A DNA stretch of 64,000 nucleotides from Candidatus Melainabacteria bacterium (GTDB lineage: Bacteria > Cyanobacteriota > Vampirovibrionia > Obscuribacterales > Obscuribacteraceae), in NCBI GenBank assembly GCA_013288645.1, contig JABDBL010000006.1, positions 18,779-82,778 on the forward strand, in the 5' to 3' direction. The notes under the pieces are model-generated. The model saw only the letters and a program-made list of their open reading frames with translations, was not told the DNA's origin and made no database searches. Below are positions 52,801-61,808 of the stretch, piece after piece; the first letter of the stretch is position 1; every line of letters starts with the position of its first letter. Made by a program: the position numbers and the translations under genes.

Positions 52801-53610
52801 TAGTCCTATGTGATTTTCCGGTGCGAGGGGATCAGCTTTTAGAGCGGCTTCCCAGCCGGCATATAGAGCATCTTGCACATCGGTGTCATCCGGTTTAAAT
52901 GCAACAGCTTTGCTATAGGCATCTATCGCATCAGCAAGATCGTTTTTAGCTTGATAAGCTTGACCGAGTTTAACTTCGACATCAGCATCATCTTTAGTCA
53001 AGACTGCGATTTTTAATTCATTAATAGCTTTATCGGGATTATCTTGCACACGATATAAGTCGCCTAAAACCAAATGCAAATTGCGGTCGTCTTTTATTTT
53101 TAGTGCTTCCGAGTATTCAATTATGGCCCCTATGATGTCCCCGGAATGACGAGCGTCATCTCCTAGCTGCACACGATCGGTGAATGAGTGCGGATTCTTA
53201 TTCATCATTGAAATAATCCCAGCTAAATTTGACTGAGTTGTGCTGTTATTCGGATTGAGATAAATAGCTTGATGAAATTCTTTGATTGCTGCTTTTGGGT
53301 TATTTCTTAATTGCAAGCCGGAGTTGTTGTGAGCAATTGCTAAATTGTCACGAGCCAGTTGGTAGGTTGGATCAAGTTTGAGAGCTTGTTCAAATTTTTG
53401 CATGGCCAGCTGCACGTTGCCACTATTGAGCGCTCGTACTCCATCATTGTTGAGTTCAATCACTTGATTGTTATCTGCATTGGCTGGCAGCGTAAGATAG
53501 GAAAACTGGCTTAAATACAAAATGGAAGCAGTAAAAATAAATAGCTGCTTGCCGAATGTTAACAATAAAGATATTTTTGGGCAGTATGTTTTCAAGTTGT
53601 GTAAGCTCAC
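49807..53610 (-). CDS. very large secreted/anchored TPR-repeat protein (1267 aa) built from ~215-aa super-repeats
   Basis: N-terminal hydrophobic segment. More than 25 TPR units (e.g. NLGTAYQAKGDFDNATVRYKQALQLDPNN). 3.5 collinear super-modules in the C-terminal two thirds. Confidence 0.85.
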   Translation of the reverse strand: MSLHNLKTYCPKISLLLTFGKQLFIFTASILYLSQFSYLTLPANADNNQVIELNNDGVRALNSGNVQLAMQKFEQALKLDPTYQLARDNLAIAHNNSGLQLRNNPKAAIKEFHQAIYLNPNNSTTQSNLAGIISMMNKNPHSFTDRVQLGDDARHSGDIIGAIIEYSEALKIKDDRNLHLVLGDLYRVQDNPDKAINELKIAVLTKDDADVEVKLGQAYQAKNDLADAIDAYSKAVAFKPDDTDVQDALYAGWEAALKADPLAPENHIGLAQALQFRGDFGQARQELLQAIRLAQTKNSAAGETAKKLLTALPDAERKAKSIKHINSGVDLQSRQLYDQALDEYNLALQLDPNNASILVNLGTAYQAKGDFDNATVRYKQALQLDPNNSSAKQGLQTASAQSQDKQLKDISTAGDILFKQGKYDEALQKYKQLLDLNPQSAVAHFDLGATYQAKGDLDAAIDAYHNAINNDSDNDQYKKALTSALDQKAKPTIDQAFQEHKNKNYAKAIELYQQALQMVPNNASLWFNMASAEYARQNYIQARDDYAKALKLDRPNQLDDLYFIATIDDNNGKGTDALYGYKQYLKESPKGNYADNASARVSALSQDSTATAKIKTDVELAQIQDAAKAYQQAVQLQQQQHFDEALPLYQQAINLQPKEPTYAYALGTLYQQKGDMDQAVSWYNQASNLDPKNKEYANALKTANEFKADALVDQAVQKQTSGDLTSAIDLYKQAGVLAPQNARLWTDLGTAYQQSDQYKEAQAAYQKGYDLDNKNEVGDLYLIGAIQENYKQGALALTNYKKYLSLASNGPYAAAAQDRIKALSIDIMAVQQLKTADQMKTANQAQDDYNQAVQAQTSNNLDQAITLYQKAISEAPSEPSYVYALGTAYQAKNDLDNAISFYEKTLSLAPKNPDYKKVYITAKQLKSAPIMDDAVKKHTAGDIVGAIPLYEQALSINPEYAHGWTNLASAYQASNNFSKALEAYNKAYSLDNKGEADNLYFIGLLDENAGQGGKAIQDYSRYLTTAPHGTYVNDAKSRMTALKANPSQTQKILTANEQTKLNEGGSAYDQAVKLQQENKLDEALEQYKMAIASQPNEASYYYGIGTCYASKNDLPEAIKNYQKAISLNPQEPNFKQALKQTNQAQAAPLINSAIKKQTTPDSAGKYDLTGAIADYEAALKIDDDANTRLNLGTAYQANNNLPGATTEYKRALQLNPNSADAHYYLGTIYDTNGQTPLAVSEYQKYLKMAPNGASAADARARLKALGH

Positions 53611-53813
53611 AATCGTTTTAGTAAGTTATAGTGATTGTATTATCATAACTTGCTAAGTAAATTTATTGCCTATTTGAAAACAAAGGTTTGATGATGAACT
53701 AATTTTGTTTTTTTATTATCTCTAATGTATATAGATTCGTTAGAATTAAAGGCCTAAGAGTAAGAAAGTAGGATCCGTTGAGCGGAAAATGCAGGAGCCT
53801 GGCGGGAAAATAT

Positions 53814-54398
53814 CTAAGCCTCCGGCTCAATCAAACCATAATTGCCATCGCGACGATGATATACGGTATTAACTTGGTTTGAATCAGAGTTGATGAACAT
53901 AAAAAAGTCATGGCCGAGCAAGTCCATATGTTTGCAAGCTTCTTCTGCCGGCATTGGTTTAAGAGTAAAACGCTTCGAACGAACAATTTTGGGCATCAAG
54001 CTATCTTCCGCTATTTCTTTAGCGATAATGGTGTCGTAGTCCATTTGAGCGCCAATATCGACAATATGCGAACCATTCTTTGATTTTATTTTGTTACCTT
54101 TTTGGTAATAACGTGTTTTGTATTTTCTTAACTGTCGCTCTATTTTATCGGCTACTAGATCAATTGAAGCGTACATATTTTCGGTTGACTCTTCACCGCG
54201 AATAACCGAGCCATTCAATTTGATGGTTACTTCTGCTGTTTGATTTTGGGCCACTGATGGATTTTTTGCCACGCTTAATAATGCTGTGGCGGCAAGGGCA
54301 TGGTCAAAGTGTTTTTGCGATCTCTGCAGTTTTTCTGTCAAATAATCTTTTAAGGCTGTTGTGAGCTCTAAATTACGACCAGTAACCGTGACTTGCAT
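53814..54398 (-). CDS. hpf: ribosome hibernation promoting factor, long form
   Basis: MQVTVTGRNLELTTALKDYLTEKL N-terminal S30AE/YfiA domain plus a C-terminal dimerisation domain (KPM..EEA...MDLLGHDFFMF). Confidence 0.9.
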   Translation of the reverse strand: MQVTVTGRNLELTTALKDYLTEKLQRSQKHFDHALAATALLSVAKNPSVAQNQTAEVTIKLNGSVIRGEESTENMYASIDLVADKIERQLRKYKTRYYQKGNKIKSKNGSHIVDIGAQMDYDTIIAKEIAEDSLMPKIVRSKRFTLKPMPAEEACKHMDLLGHDFFMFINSDSNQVNTVYHRRDGNYGLIEPEA

Positions 54399-54589
54399 AG
54401 GCAGGTACCTCCAGAGAGTCTAAAACAACAAAAAAGCGAGACAATAACATTGCCGCTTTGACATACCAAAAGTCTAAAAAAATGAATAAACTAAACTCAC
54501 AAGTGCCAGTCTTTTCTTAAGATAACTTGTTATTTCTATCATTAGTTTACCTCTGAAAGGGCTTATTGAACCATGTTTAGACAAGAGTT

Positions 54590-54609
54590 TAGATATAAAT
54601 TTATATCTA
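54590..54609. repeat. perfect 20-bp AT-rich palindrome TAGATATAAATTTATATCTA
   Basis: Read directly. Lies between the 54654 stop and the hpf upstream region. Confidence 0.6.
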
Positions 54610-54653
54610 AAAATCTGCGCTATGATAGGTCTTTTCCAGCAAGTTTGTATATC

Positions 54654-56042
54654 TTATTTGGCTCCGCCTGAAGCAAGGAGGACGATTTGGGCTGCATCAA
54701 GATAGGAGAGAGGACTAGCTTCATCTACGGACTCTGCAGCATACGCTGGTTGTGCAAATAATTGCTTAGCTTGTTTTGTTGTTCGTAAAACCAAGGCTTT
54801 TGACTGCCCTACAAGCCGATTAGATTTAGCTTGGCTTCTCGATTCTATAACTTTGGCAACAATGTCAAAAGCTTCTTTTGAAGTAAGGGGATTAGTTAAG
54901 AATTGTCTTGTGTCAGCTCCGGTTGCAGGCAATGCTGACGTTATTCCAGCATTAGTAAGGATAGCAAGGGACCTGTCGTCCTCTTGAATAGCGTCCTCAC
55001 TGTTTTCCCGGCTATCAGTTGTATATGGATTATTTAAATTGTGAGCAGAGTAAAATTGGCGAACTAATAATTGGTAGAAATGGCCACGGCTGATACTGTT
55101 GCTTGGGTCTTCACCGGATGGAAATGATAATTTGCCATTTTTAGTTAGTTCTTTGAAAGCAGCTAGTCGGAAACGCCCATTGGCTGGGAAAAACTCAGGA
55201 TAGTGCGAAAGGGCACTCAACTGTTGATTGGTTACTTGCTGATTTGGATAAAGACTAGCCGAGGTGGCAGCGCCCTTTTTGCAAGCAAGCAAAAATTGAC
55301 TAATGGATTCTGGACTAGTGCCCATACCGTCACCAATCATATGTATATCGAGATCCGGTCTGCCGGTTAATTCGCGAATTCTTTTAATTGTTGAAAGCGT
55401 GTACGGATATGCGCCACTGGTAGCTATATATTTAGAATTCCAATAGCTCATAATGGCTAGAACCGAAAATTGCTGGGAAAGAAGGGACCAAGGAATGGTT
55501 GAAACAACAGAAGCACGATTAAGTGGGCTATACACAACAGCTACTAAAGGATAAGAATTACCTAGCTCTTGTTTAATTTTTTCGCAAAAAAGATTAATTT
55601 TGCCAGGACTAAGATCTTTTTCCAAATTAGCCGCTACGGCATCTACCTTTTCTCCTTCTGCATTGGAGAAATTAGCAACAGCAATTACCTTTTTAGCATC
55701 AGTTATGGGATTGTTTAATTCATCGAATGACCAAGCAATAACCCTCATTTGGTAACGATGGGCAGCATTAAGCAATCTACTTAAACCCTGGGGATTGCAA
55801 ATAGCTTCAGTATTAGAGCGGGAACTTTGTATAAAGATATTACGTATGCCGCTGGAATATAGCTTTAAACAATAAGAATCGGCATCAGCAGGATAATTCC
55901 ACATATTAACCCAAACGCCAGCTCCATCGGCTATGCCTTTGACCTGCCAACTGGAAGAATTGGTGGCCTTTGATGGACATATATTAATTAAGGCTAGAAT
56001 AAAGCCTACAATTAAGCTGAGCTTTCTGAATGTAACTGACAC
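54654..56042 (-). CDS. secreted hypothetical protein, possibly a TIM-barrel glycoside-hydrolase-like domain plus a C-terminal region
   Basis: Signal peptide (LSLIVGFILALINICPSKA). The alternating beta-alpha pattern in the first 280 aa is only a weak impression. No catalytic motif assigned. Confidence 0.45.
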   Translation of the reverse strand: MSVTFRKLSLIVGFILALINICPSKATNSSSWQVKGIADGAGVWVNMWNYPADADSYCLKLYSSGIRNIFIQSSRSNTEAICNPQGLSRLLNAAHRYQMRVIAWSFDELNNPITDAKKVIAVANFSNAEGEKVDAVAANLEKDLSPGKINLFCEKIKQELGNSYPLVAVVYSPLNRASVVSTIPWSLLSQQFSVLAIMSYWNSKYIATSGAYPYTLSTIKRIRELTGRPDLDIHMIGDGMGTSPESISQFLLACKKGAATSASLYPNQQVTNQQLSALSHYPEFFPANGRFRLAAFKELTKNGKLSFPSGEDPSNSISRGHFYQLLVRQFYSAHNLNNPYTTDSRENSEDAIQEDDRSLAILTNAGITSALPATGADTRQFLTNPLTSKEAFDIVAKVIESRSQAKSNRLVGQSKALVLRTTKQAKQLFAQPAYAAESVDEASPLSYLDAAQIVLLASGGAK

Positions 56043-56175
56043 GTTAACCCATCTTTCTAGAAAATACGTATGTTTATTATAGCTGGCTTTTATCGGAAGC
56101 CAAGTACATGGACTAGCCTAGTACCATTAAGATTAGACATACCGCAAAACCTTAGATTTAAATCGCCCCTTAATT

Positions 56176-57864
56176 ATGAAAATTGCTCTTGCTCAAATTA
56201 ACACTACTGTAGGTGACATTGAAGGGAATGTAGATAAAATTTTGCGCTTTGCTGCCGAAGGTAAAGATAGGCAAGCGGAATTGATAATTTTCCCTGAACT
56301 GACAATTACTGGTTATCCGCCCGGCGACTTGCTATTAAAAGATAGCTTTATTAAGGCTAACTTGTTAGCTTTAGACAAAATCAAAAACAGCCTAGCCCAG
56401 CTTGGTTTAGCAGCTATTGTTGGTTTTGTGGATCATAATCCGAGCCGAGGAAGGCGTCTTTACAATGCATGTGCTTTGCTAAAAGATGGAGAAGTTAAAG
56501 TCAAACAATATAAAACACTTTTGCCAACCTATGATGTATTTGATGAAGATCGCTATTTTCAGTCAGCCGATAGCTATAACCTTGTCGAACTGAGCAAACA
56601 TAAGATTGGCTTGACTATTTGCGAAGATGCATGGGCTGCCGACGCTATGCAGGGGAGTTATTTCCATGGTGTTGATGCCATAAATGGCCGTTATTTTGTT
56701 GATCATGTTGCACAAGTGGCAAAGCTGAAGCCTGATTTTATAGTTAATATAGCGGCGTCCCCATTTGCTATTGGCAAACATTTAGTACGAGAAAATTTAT
56801 TACGTCAGCACGCTTTAAGATGGAAAGTGCCTTTGATTTTCGTAAATCAGATTGGTGGTGATGATGAGCTTATTTTTGATGGACGTTCATTTGTGATTGA
56901 TAGCGAGGGCAAAACAATTGCCTGTGCCTCTGCTTTTGAAGAAGATCTATTGATAATTGACTTTAATAAAACAGACTACAAAATCAGCGGTTCTTTTAAA
57001 CAAGCCGAAGAAGCCAAACTAGAAATCTATAAAGCTTTGGTCTTAGGTACGCGTGATTATGTGAACAAGTGCGGCTTTTCTGACGTGGTACTAGGTTTAT
57101 CAGGTGGGATAGATTCGGCAGTCACTGCGTCTGTTGCCTGCCAGGCTCTGGGAGCGCAACATGTTTTAGGACTATGCATGCCTTCGCCCTATTCTTCGCC
57201 GAGTTCTATTACTGACTCTGAGCTTTTGGCGAAGAACTTGGGTATGAACATAATCACTATACCTATTAATAAAACCATGCAAGAGTTTGATCTTATATTG
57301 AGCGAACCTTTTGCTGGAACAGCGCCCGATGTAACAGAGGAAAATCTACAAGCAAGACTGCGTGGGGTTTTGTTAATGGCCTTTTCCAACAAATTTAGAC
57401 GAATGCTCTTAACCACTGGTAACAAGTCTGAATTGGCAGTCGGTTATTGCACTCTTTACGGCGACATGTGTGGCGGACTAGCTGTGATATCAGATCTACC
57501 AAAGATGCGTGTTTATGAGTTGGCTAATACTATAAACGAAGAAGCAGGGTACGATTTAATTCCACAATCGATTATAGCCAAGGCCCCTTCTGCGGAATTA
57601 AGTCCGGGTCAGAAAGACGAGGATAGTCTGCCACCATATCCAGTGCTGGATGCGATTTTGCAAGCCTATATTGAAGAGGGTAAAACAGTAGAAGAAATTA
57701 TAAAAGTGGGTTATGCACCAGAAACGGTGACAAAGATTGTACAAATGATCGAAAGGAATGAATTCAAAAGAAGACAGGCGGCTCCTGGGCTAAAGCTCAC
57801 CAGAAGAGCCTTTGGTGCAGGATGGAAAATGCCAATCGCTCAGCGTTATCGAGAGATTGTTTAA
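56176..57864 (+). CDS. nadE: glutamine-dependent NAD+ synthetase
   Basis: N-terminal CN-hydrolase domain (FPEL, ICED) fused to an NAD synthase domain with the SGGIDS PP-loop. 562 aa. Confidence 0.93.
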   Translation: MKIALAQINTTVGDIEGNVDKILRFAAEGKDRQAELIIFPELTITGYPPGDLLLKDSFIKANLLALDKIKNSLAQLGLAAIVGFVDHNPSRGRRLYNACALLKDGEVKVKQYKTLLPTYDVFDEDRYFQSADSYNLVELSKHKIGLTICEDAWAADAMQGSYFHGVDAINGRYFVDHVAQVAKLKPDFIVNIAASPFAIGKHLVRENLLRQHALRWKVPLIFVNQIGGDDELIFDGRSFVIDSEGKTIACASAFEEDLLIIDFNKTDYKISGSFKQAEEAKLEIYKALVLGTRDYVNKCGFSDVVLGLSGGIDSAVTASVACQALGAQHVLGLCMPSPYSSPSSITDSELLAKNLGMNIITIPINKTMQEFDLILSEPFAGTAPDVTEENLQARLRGVLLMAFSNKFRRMLLTTGNKSELAVGYCTLYGDMCGGLAVISDLPKMRVYELANTINEEAGYDLIPQSIIAKAPSAELSPGQKDEDSLPPYPVLDAILQAYIEEGKTVEEIIKVGYAPETVTKIVQMIERNEFKRRQAAPGLKLTRRAFGAGWKMPIAQRYREIV

Positions 57865-57986
57865 AGAGAACAATTTACTTTGTCTTAAACAACTTACTGT
57901 ATTGAATAAGGAAGCCTAAGGGAATATATTGATTAAATTTATTGACAATGAGTCATTAAACTAATTTAGGAAGGTGAGTTAATAAA

Positions 57987-58571
57987 ATGGATAATGTTAA
58001 TTGTTCTGGAAGTTCAAACGGACCTGATAATGAGGTTGAAAATAAGCTCAATGAACTTGAACAAGAAATTAGCAAGATTCCACATATCGATTTACCGATG
58101 TCAGTATCCAGTCAGGAACTGATCAAAGTTTCTGATGCGACTACTTTAAAAAATGATTTGTTTTATTTTTCGGGCCTAACTCTAATAGGATTTTCAGTGT
58201 TGGTATTTTTTCAGCACGTGCGTGTTGGAACAGGTTTATTTCAAGTTCTGGGTATAGGTACAGGAGGCTTTTGTTTGCTTCTTTTACCATTACTTATAGG
58301 GATAGGCCTGATTGTCTATAACAGAAAGAATAAAATTGGGTATGGCATAGTTTCTATTACTTGTGCTCTCATTTTTTATACAGTCCTTTCGAGCTTGATT
58401 ATGAGTTTTACTCCAGTGTCGTTGTTGGGACTATTGATAATGCTTTTGCCTTTAGTTGTAGGGGGATCTTTTCTAGTTAAAGGTCTGGGTGGACCTAAAG
58501 GAATTGAAGATAAGCTGCGCCAGCAAGGAATTATTAAAGCCCGTATTGGTTCAGAATCTAAAACTCAATAA
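57987..58571 (+). CDS. hypothetical membrane protein (4 TM helices)
   Basis: Hydrophobic segments from residue ~60 onward. No domain recognised. Confidence 0.5.
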   Translation: MDNVNCSGSSNGPDNEVENKLNELEQEISKIPHIDLPMSVSSQELIKVSDATTLKNDLFYFSGLTLIGFSVLVFFQHVRVGTGLFQVLGIGTGGFCLLLLPLLIGIGLIVYNRKNKIGYGIVSITCALIFYTVLSSLIMSFTPVSLLGLLIMLLPLVVGGSFLVKGLGGPKGIEDKLRQQGIIKARIGSESKTQ

Positions 58572-58669
58572 GCTAAAGAATAATTATCTAGGAAGCCAAA
58601 GACTAGGCTGCTTGATACAATTAGGAACTGTCTAATAACAGGGACCCTGGTCAAGCCTATGGAGATCTT

Positions 58670-60871
58670 GTGATTAAAATCGAAGAAGAAAAAATATCTA
58701 GCACCCGACATTTAAAATTAAAACAGTTAGAATCAGGATTATTATTGGTTAAATTCGATTCCCCGCAAAAAGCTAATCAACTGACATCGGCTGTTATGGC
58801 TGAATTTGAAGAGGTTCTGAATAAGATTGAACAAGATCCCTCTGTAAAAGCTGTCGGACTTATATCTGCTAAGCCAGATTCCTTTCTGTTGGGTGCTGAT
58901 TTACGCGAGATTATGCAATTAAAATCCCAAGAAGCGGCCCTTAAATTAGTCAGTAGAGGGCAAGAGATTTTTGCTCGTTTTGCTGCATTAAAAAAACCAA
59001 CTATTGCAGGAATTCATGGCTTATGTTTAGGCGGTGGGCTTGAAGTAATATTGTGTTGCCATAAAAGACTAGCTACTTACAGCAAACATACTGTACTAGG
59101 ATTACCAGAGACTAAGCTTGGCTTTGTACCAGGGCTAGGGGGAACGCAGAGGTTGCCTCGTTTGATTGGCGTCAAAAATGCTCTTGATCTGATTCTCTCA
59201 GCTGAAACTATTAGCGCTAGTCGTGCTTTGGAGATTCAGCTTGTTGATCAAGTTGTTTCACCTGAAAGCTTAGAAACTGAGATGGAAAGAATTGCTATAC
59301 GACTGCTAAGCGAAGCGAGTCTGGAGTCTGTAGACACGGCGTACGGCAAACAATATGTCTTTTTGGATAAGCCCGAACAAATGGCACTTAAAACCGCTAG
59401 GCGTTCAATGCGCATGATCACAAAAGGCAATTATCCCGCGTTATTACAAGTAATCGATGTAATCGAAAAAGGGCTGATGGCTGGTTTGAAAGTTGGCTTA
59501 ATGGAAGAAGCAAAAACATTCGCCCAATTAGCTGTTACTGAAGTTTCGCGCAACCTTGTTTTTCTTTTCTTTAATACTGAGCTGGTTAGGCAGTCGGCTT
59601 TAGCTGCTGTAGAAAAAGAACATGTAACACCGGTAAAAACTATCGGTATTATAGGCGGTGGCATGATGGGGACGGGACTGGCTAAGTACTTGGCCGAAAA
59701 AGGATTCAAAATATTATTTAGATCTTTCAATAAAGATCGCTCTGAACGCGCCTTTGCAAGCATTAAAGACGAATTGGATAAAAATGTTGCACGGAAAGCA
59801 GAGACTGGAGGGGAAAGTATTAGCAAAGAGAATGAAATTGATATAAAGGTGGTCTTTGAAGACCAAATGTTTTCTCAGGCAGATCTGGTTATAGAAGCTA
59901 CCGAAGAAAATATATCAACAAAAATAAATCTCTTTAAGCATCTTGAGGGCATAATAAGGAATGATTGTTTATTGGCAACTATTACCTCATCTCTCTCTGT
60001 GACACATTTAGCTTCTCAACTCAAATCTGGTGCCTCAGTTATTGGAGCTCATTTCTTTCATCCAGTGGATAAGATGCCTTTAGTCGAGATTGCTCTACCC
60101 ATGACTGACTATATTGCTGAACATAAGTTGGAACAAAGTTACCGTCAGTCAAACGCTAAGCTACTTCATTTTATAGCTGAACTAGGCAAGACGCCTTTGT
60201 CGGTAAAAGATAGTACTTGTTTTTTGGTCAATCGATTACTTGCCTCTTATCTATTAGAGGCGGCAAGATTGGCGGAAGCTGGCGTTCCCCTATCTTGGAT
60301 TGATAAAGTAGCCACAGATTTTGGTATGCCACTGGGAGCTTTAGCTTTACTTGATGAGATTGGTATTGACGTTGCTTTGCTGGTAGCTGATGCTTTAGCA
60401 AAACAATTTCCTGAGAGGATAGTACTACCAACAGTGCTAAGAAAAGTTGCTACTTTGGGAATGAAAGGTAAAAGATTTGGTTGCGGAATATATATGTGGG
60501 ATGCTAATGGCAAGCGTTTAGGCATCAACCCAAGACTGATTGAAGAGATCGGATTAAAAGACTCAGAAAATACGCCTGACGAAGCTGAAAGCGCTAAAAT
60601 TTCTGCCGCCTTAATATTGCCTATGGTAGATGAAGCTGCTCATTGTTTGCAAGAAAAAGTAGTCCGCAGAGCGCGCGAAGTTGATATTGGCTGTGTTCTA
60701 GGACTTGGTTTTCCTGCTTTTCGCGGCGGTATTTTGAAATACGCCGATAGTGTAGGTTTGCCAAATGTAGTCAGCGAATTGACTGAAATTTATTCTCGTA
60801 CAGAACCACACCGAAGTATAAGCAAGATGCTGAGTGAACTTGGACAGAACAACGGAAAGTTTTATGCCTGA
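58670..60871 (+). CDS. fatty-acid oxidation multifunctional protein (enoyl-CoA hydratase / 3-hydroxyacyl-CoA dehydrogenase, FadB/FadJ-like)
   Basis: Crotonase region with GLCLGGGLE. Rossmann IGIIGGGMMG, followed by the 3HCDH C-terminal domains. 733 aa. Confidence 0.88.
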   Translation: MIKIEEEKISSTRHLKLKQLESGLLLVKFDSPQKANQLTSAVMAEFEEVLNKIEQDPSVKAVGLISAKPDSFLLGADLREIMQLKSQEAALKLVSRGQEIFARFAALKKPTIAGIHGLCLGGGLEVILCCHKRLATYSKHTVLGLPETKLGFVPGLGGTQRLPRLIGVKNALDLILSAETISASRALEIQLVDQVVSPESLETEMERIAIRLLSEASLESVDTAYGKQYVFLDKPEQMALKTARRSMRMITKGNYPALLQVIDVIEKGLMAGLKVGLMEEAKTFAQLAVTEVSRNLVFLFFNTELVRQSALAAVEKEHVTPVKTIGIIGGGMMGTGLAKYLAEKGFKILFRSFNKDRSERAFASIKDELDKNVARKAETGGESISKENEIDIKVVFEDQMFSQADLVIEATEENISTKINLFKHLEGIIRNDCLLATITSSLSVTHLASQLKSGASVIGAHFFHPVDKMPLVEIALPMTDYIAEHKLEQSYRQSNAKLLHFIAELGKTPLSVKDSTCFLVNRLLASYLLEAARLAEAGVPLSWIDKVATDFGMPLGALALLDEIGIDVALLVADALAKQFPERIVLPTVLRKVATLGMKGKRFGCGIYMWDANGKRLGINPRLIEEIGLKDSENTPDEAESAKISAALILPMVDEAAHCLQEKVVRRAREVDIGCVLGLGFPAFRGGILKYADSVGLPNVVSELTEIYSRTEPHRSISKMLSELGQNNGKFYA

Positions 60872-60894
60872 AGATAGTAAGACTTAGGTAAGGT

Positions 60895-61128
60895 TCAGGC
60901 TCGATGCCCAGCAGTAGCAGCAATTCTATAACCGGAGCAGGCGGTTATCATATGTGCTAGCTGTAGAGCTGCACTGTACAGACAAGCAAAACGGCGATCT
61001 ATTGAGAGCCCTCTAATTTGAGCATCTTTAAGATCGCGTGCTACGATTTCTCGAAATTGCACCATTTCAATAAGGCTAGTTTTATGTGGCTTTACGCGTT
61101 TTTCTGCTAAAAGCTTTTCCCAATTCAT
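60895..61128 (-). CDS. small protein partnered with the nucleotidyltransferase gene (HEPN-like toxin candidate, possibly truncated)
   Basis: Overlaps the upstream gene by about 47 nt. Helical sequence ...ARDLKDAQIRGLSIDRRFACLYSAALQLAHM. I did not see a clear R-x4-6-H motif. Confidence 0.35.
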   Translation of the reverse strand: MNWEKLLAEKRVKPHKTSLIEMVQFREIVARDLKDAQIRGLSIDRRFACLYSAALQLAHMITACSGYRIAATAGHRA

Positions 61129-61702
61129 TGTCTTCACCTATTAAGAATAACTTGTCTGACTGTCGTACGGTTTCGATAAAGTGATTTTTTTCCTTGAGTT
61201 TACGTTGAGTCTCAACTGCCGAAAATATAATTGGATTAATGGAACGATGTGCTTGGCGCTCAGCCGCTGTTATAGCCATAGCAACTTCCGCAAGCTTCAC
61301 ATCTCCTAAAATAAATAAATCAATATCGCTTTCCGAACTTTCTGTTCCAGAAGCTAGAGAGCCGTATATAAAAGCAACTGAAATTTTACTAGACAATGGC
61401 TTGAGACAAGATTGCAGGAGACCGACAATACCAACTGTTTTGACTAGTACAGTTTTCAATTCGGAAAATATGGGACAGTTTGGATTAGCATTAAAGTAAG
61501 TTCTGTTACCATTCACCGTTTTATTCAGGATTCCTGATTTATTTAAGCTGACTAGCTCTCGCTGAATGCTTGATGGAGTAACATGTAAAAACTCAGCCAG
61601 TTCGCGTAAATACCACGATTTTTCTGGATGTAATATTGTTGCCGCCAAAATTTTTTGGCGAGTCTGAGGCATTAATGTATCAAGCAACACATTCGTACGC
61701 AT
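61082..61702 (-). CDS. winged-helix (ArsR-like) plus minimal nucleotidyltransferase domain protein (MNT-type antitoxin-like)
   Basis: N-terminal HTH (YLRELAEFLHVTPSSIQRELVSLNKSGIL). NTase motif YGSLASGTESSESDIDLFILG. Confidence 0.7.
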   Translation of the reverse strand: MRTNVLLDTLMPQTRQKILAATILHPEKSWYLRELAEFLHVTPSSIQRELVSLNKSGILNKTVNGNRTYFNANPNCPIFSELKTVLVKTVGIVGLLQSCLKPLSSKISVAFIYGSLASGTESSESDIDLFILGDVKLAEVAMAITAAERQAHRSINPIIFSAVETQRKLKEKNHFIETVRQSDKLFLIGEDNELGKAFSRKTRKAT

Positions 61703-61808
61703 AATGCATACGATTGTACGTTATTTGCATACGATTGGCAAGTTTATATTGTCTTACTTCTCAAAAAATTTTGATTAAATTTGAAAACTGTGACTTGTAT
61801 ACAGATCT

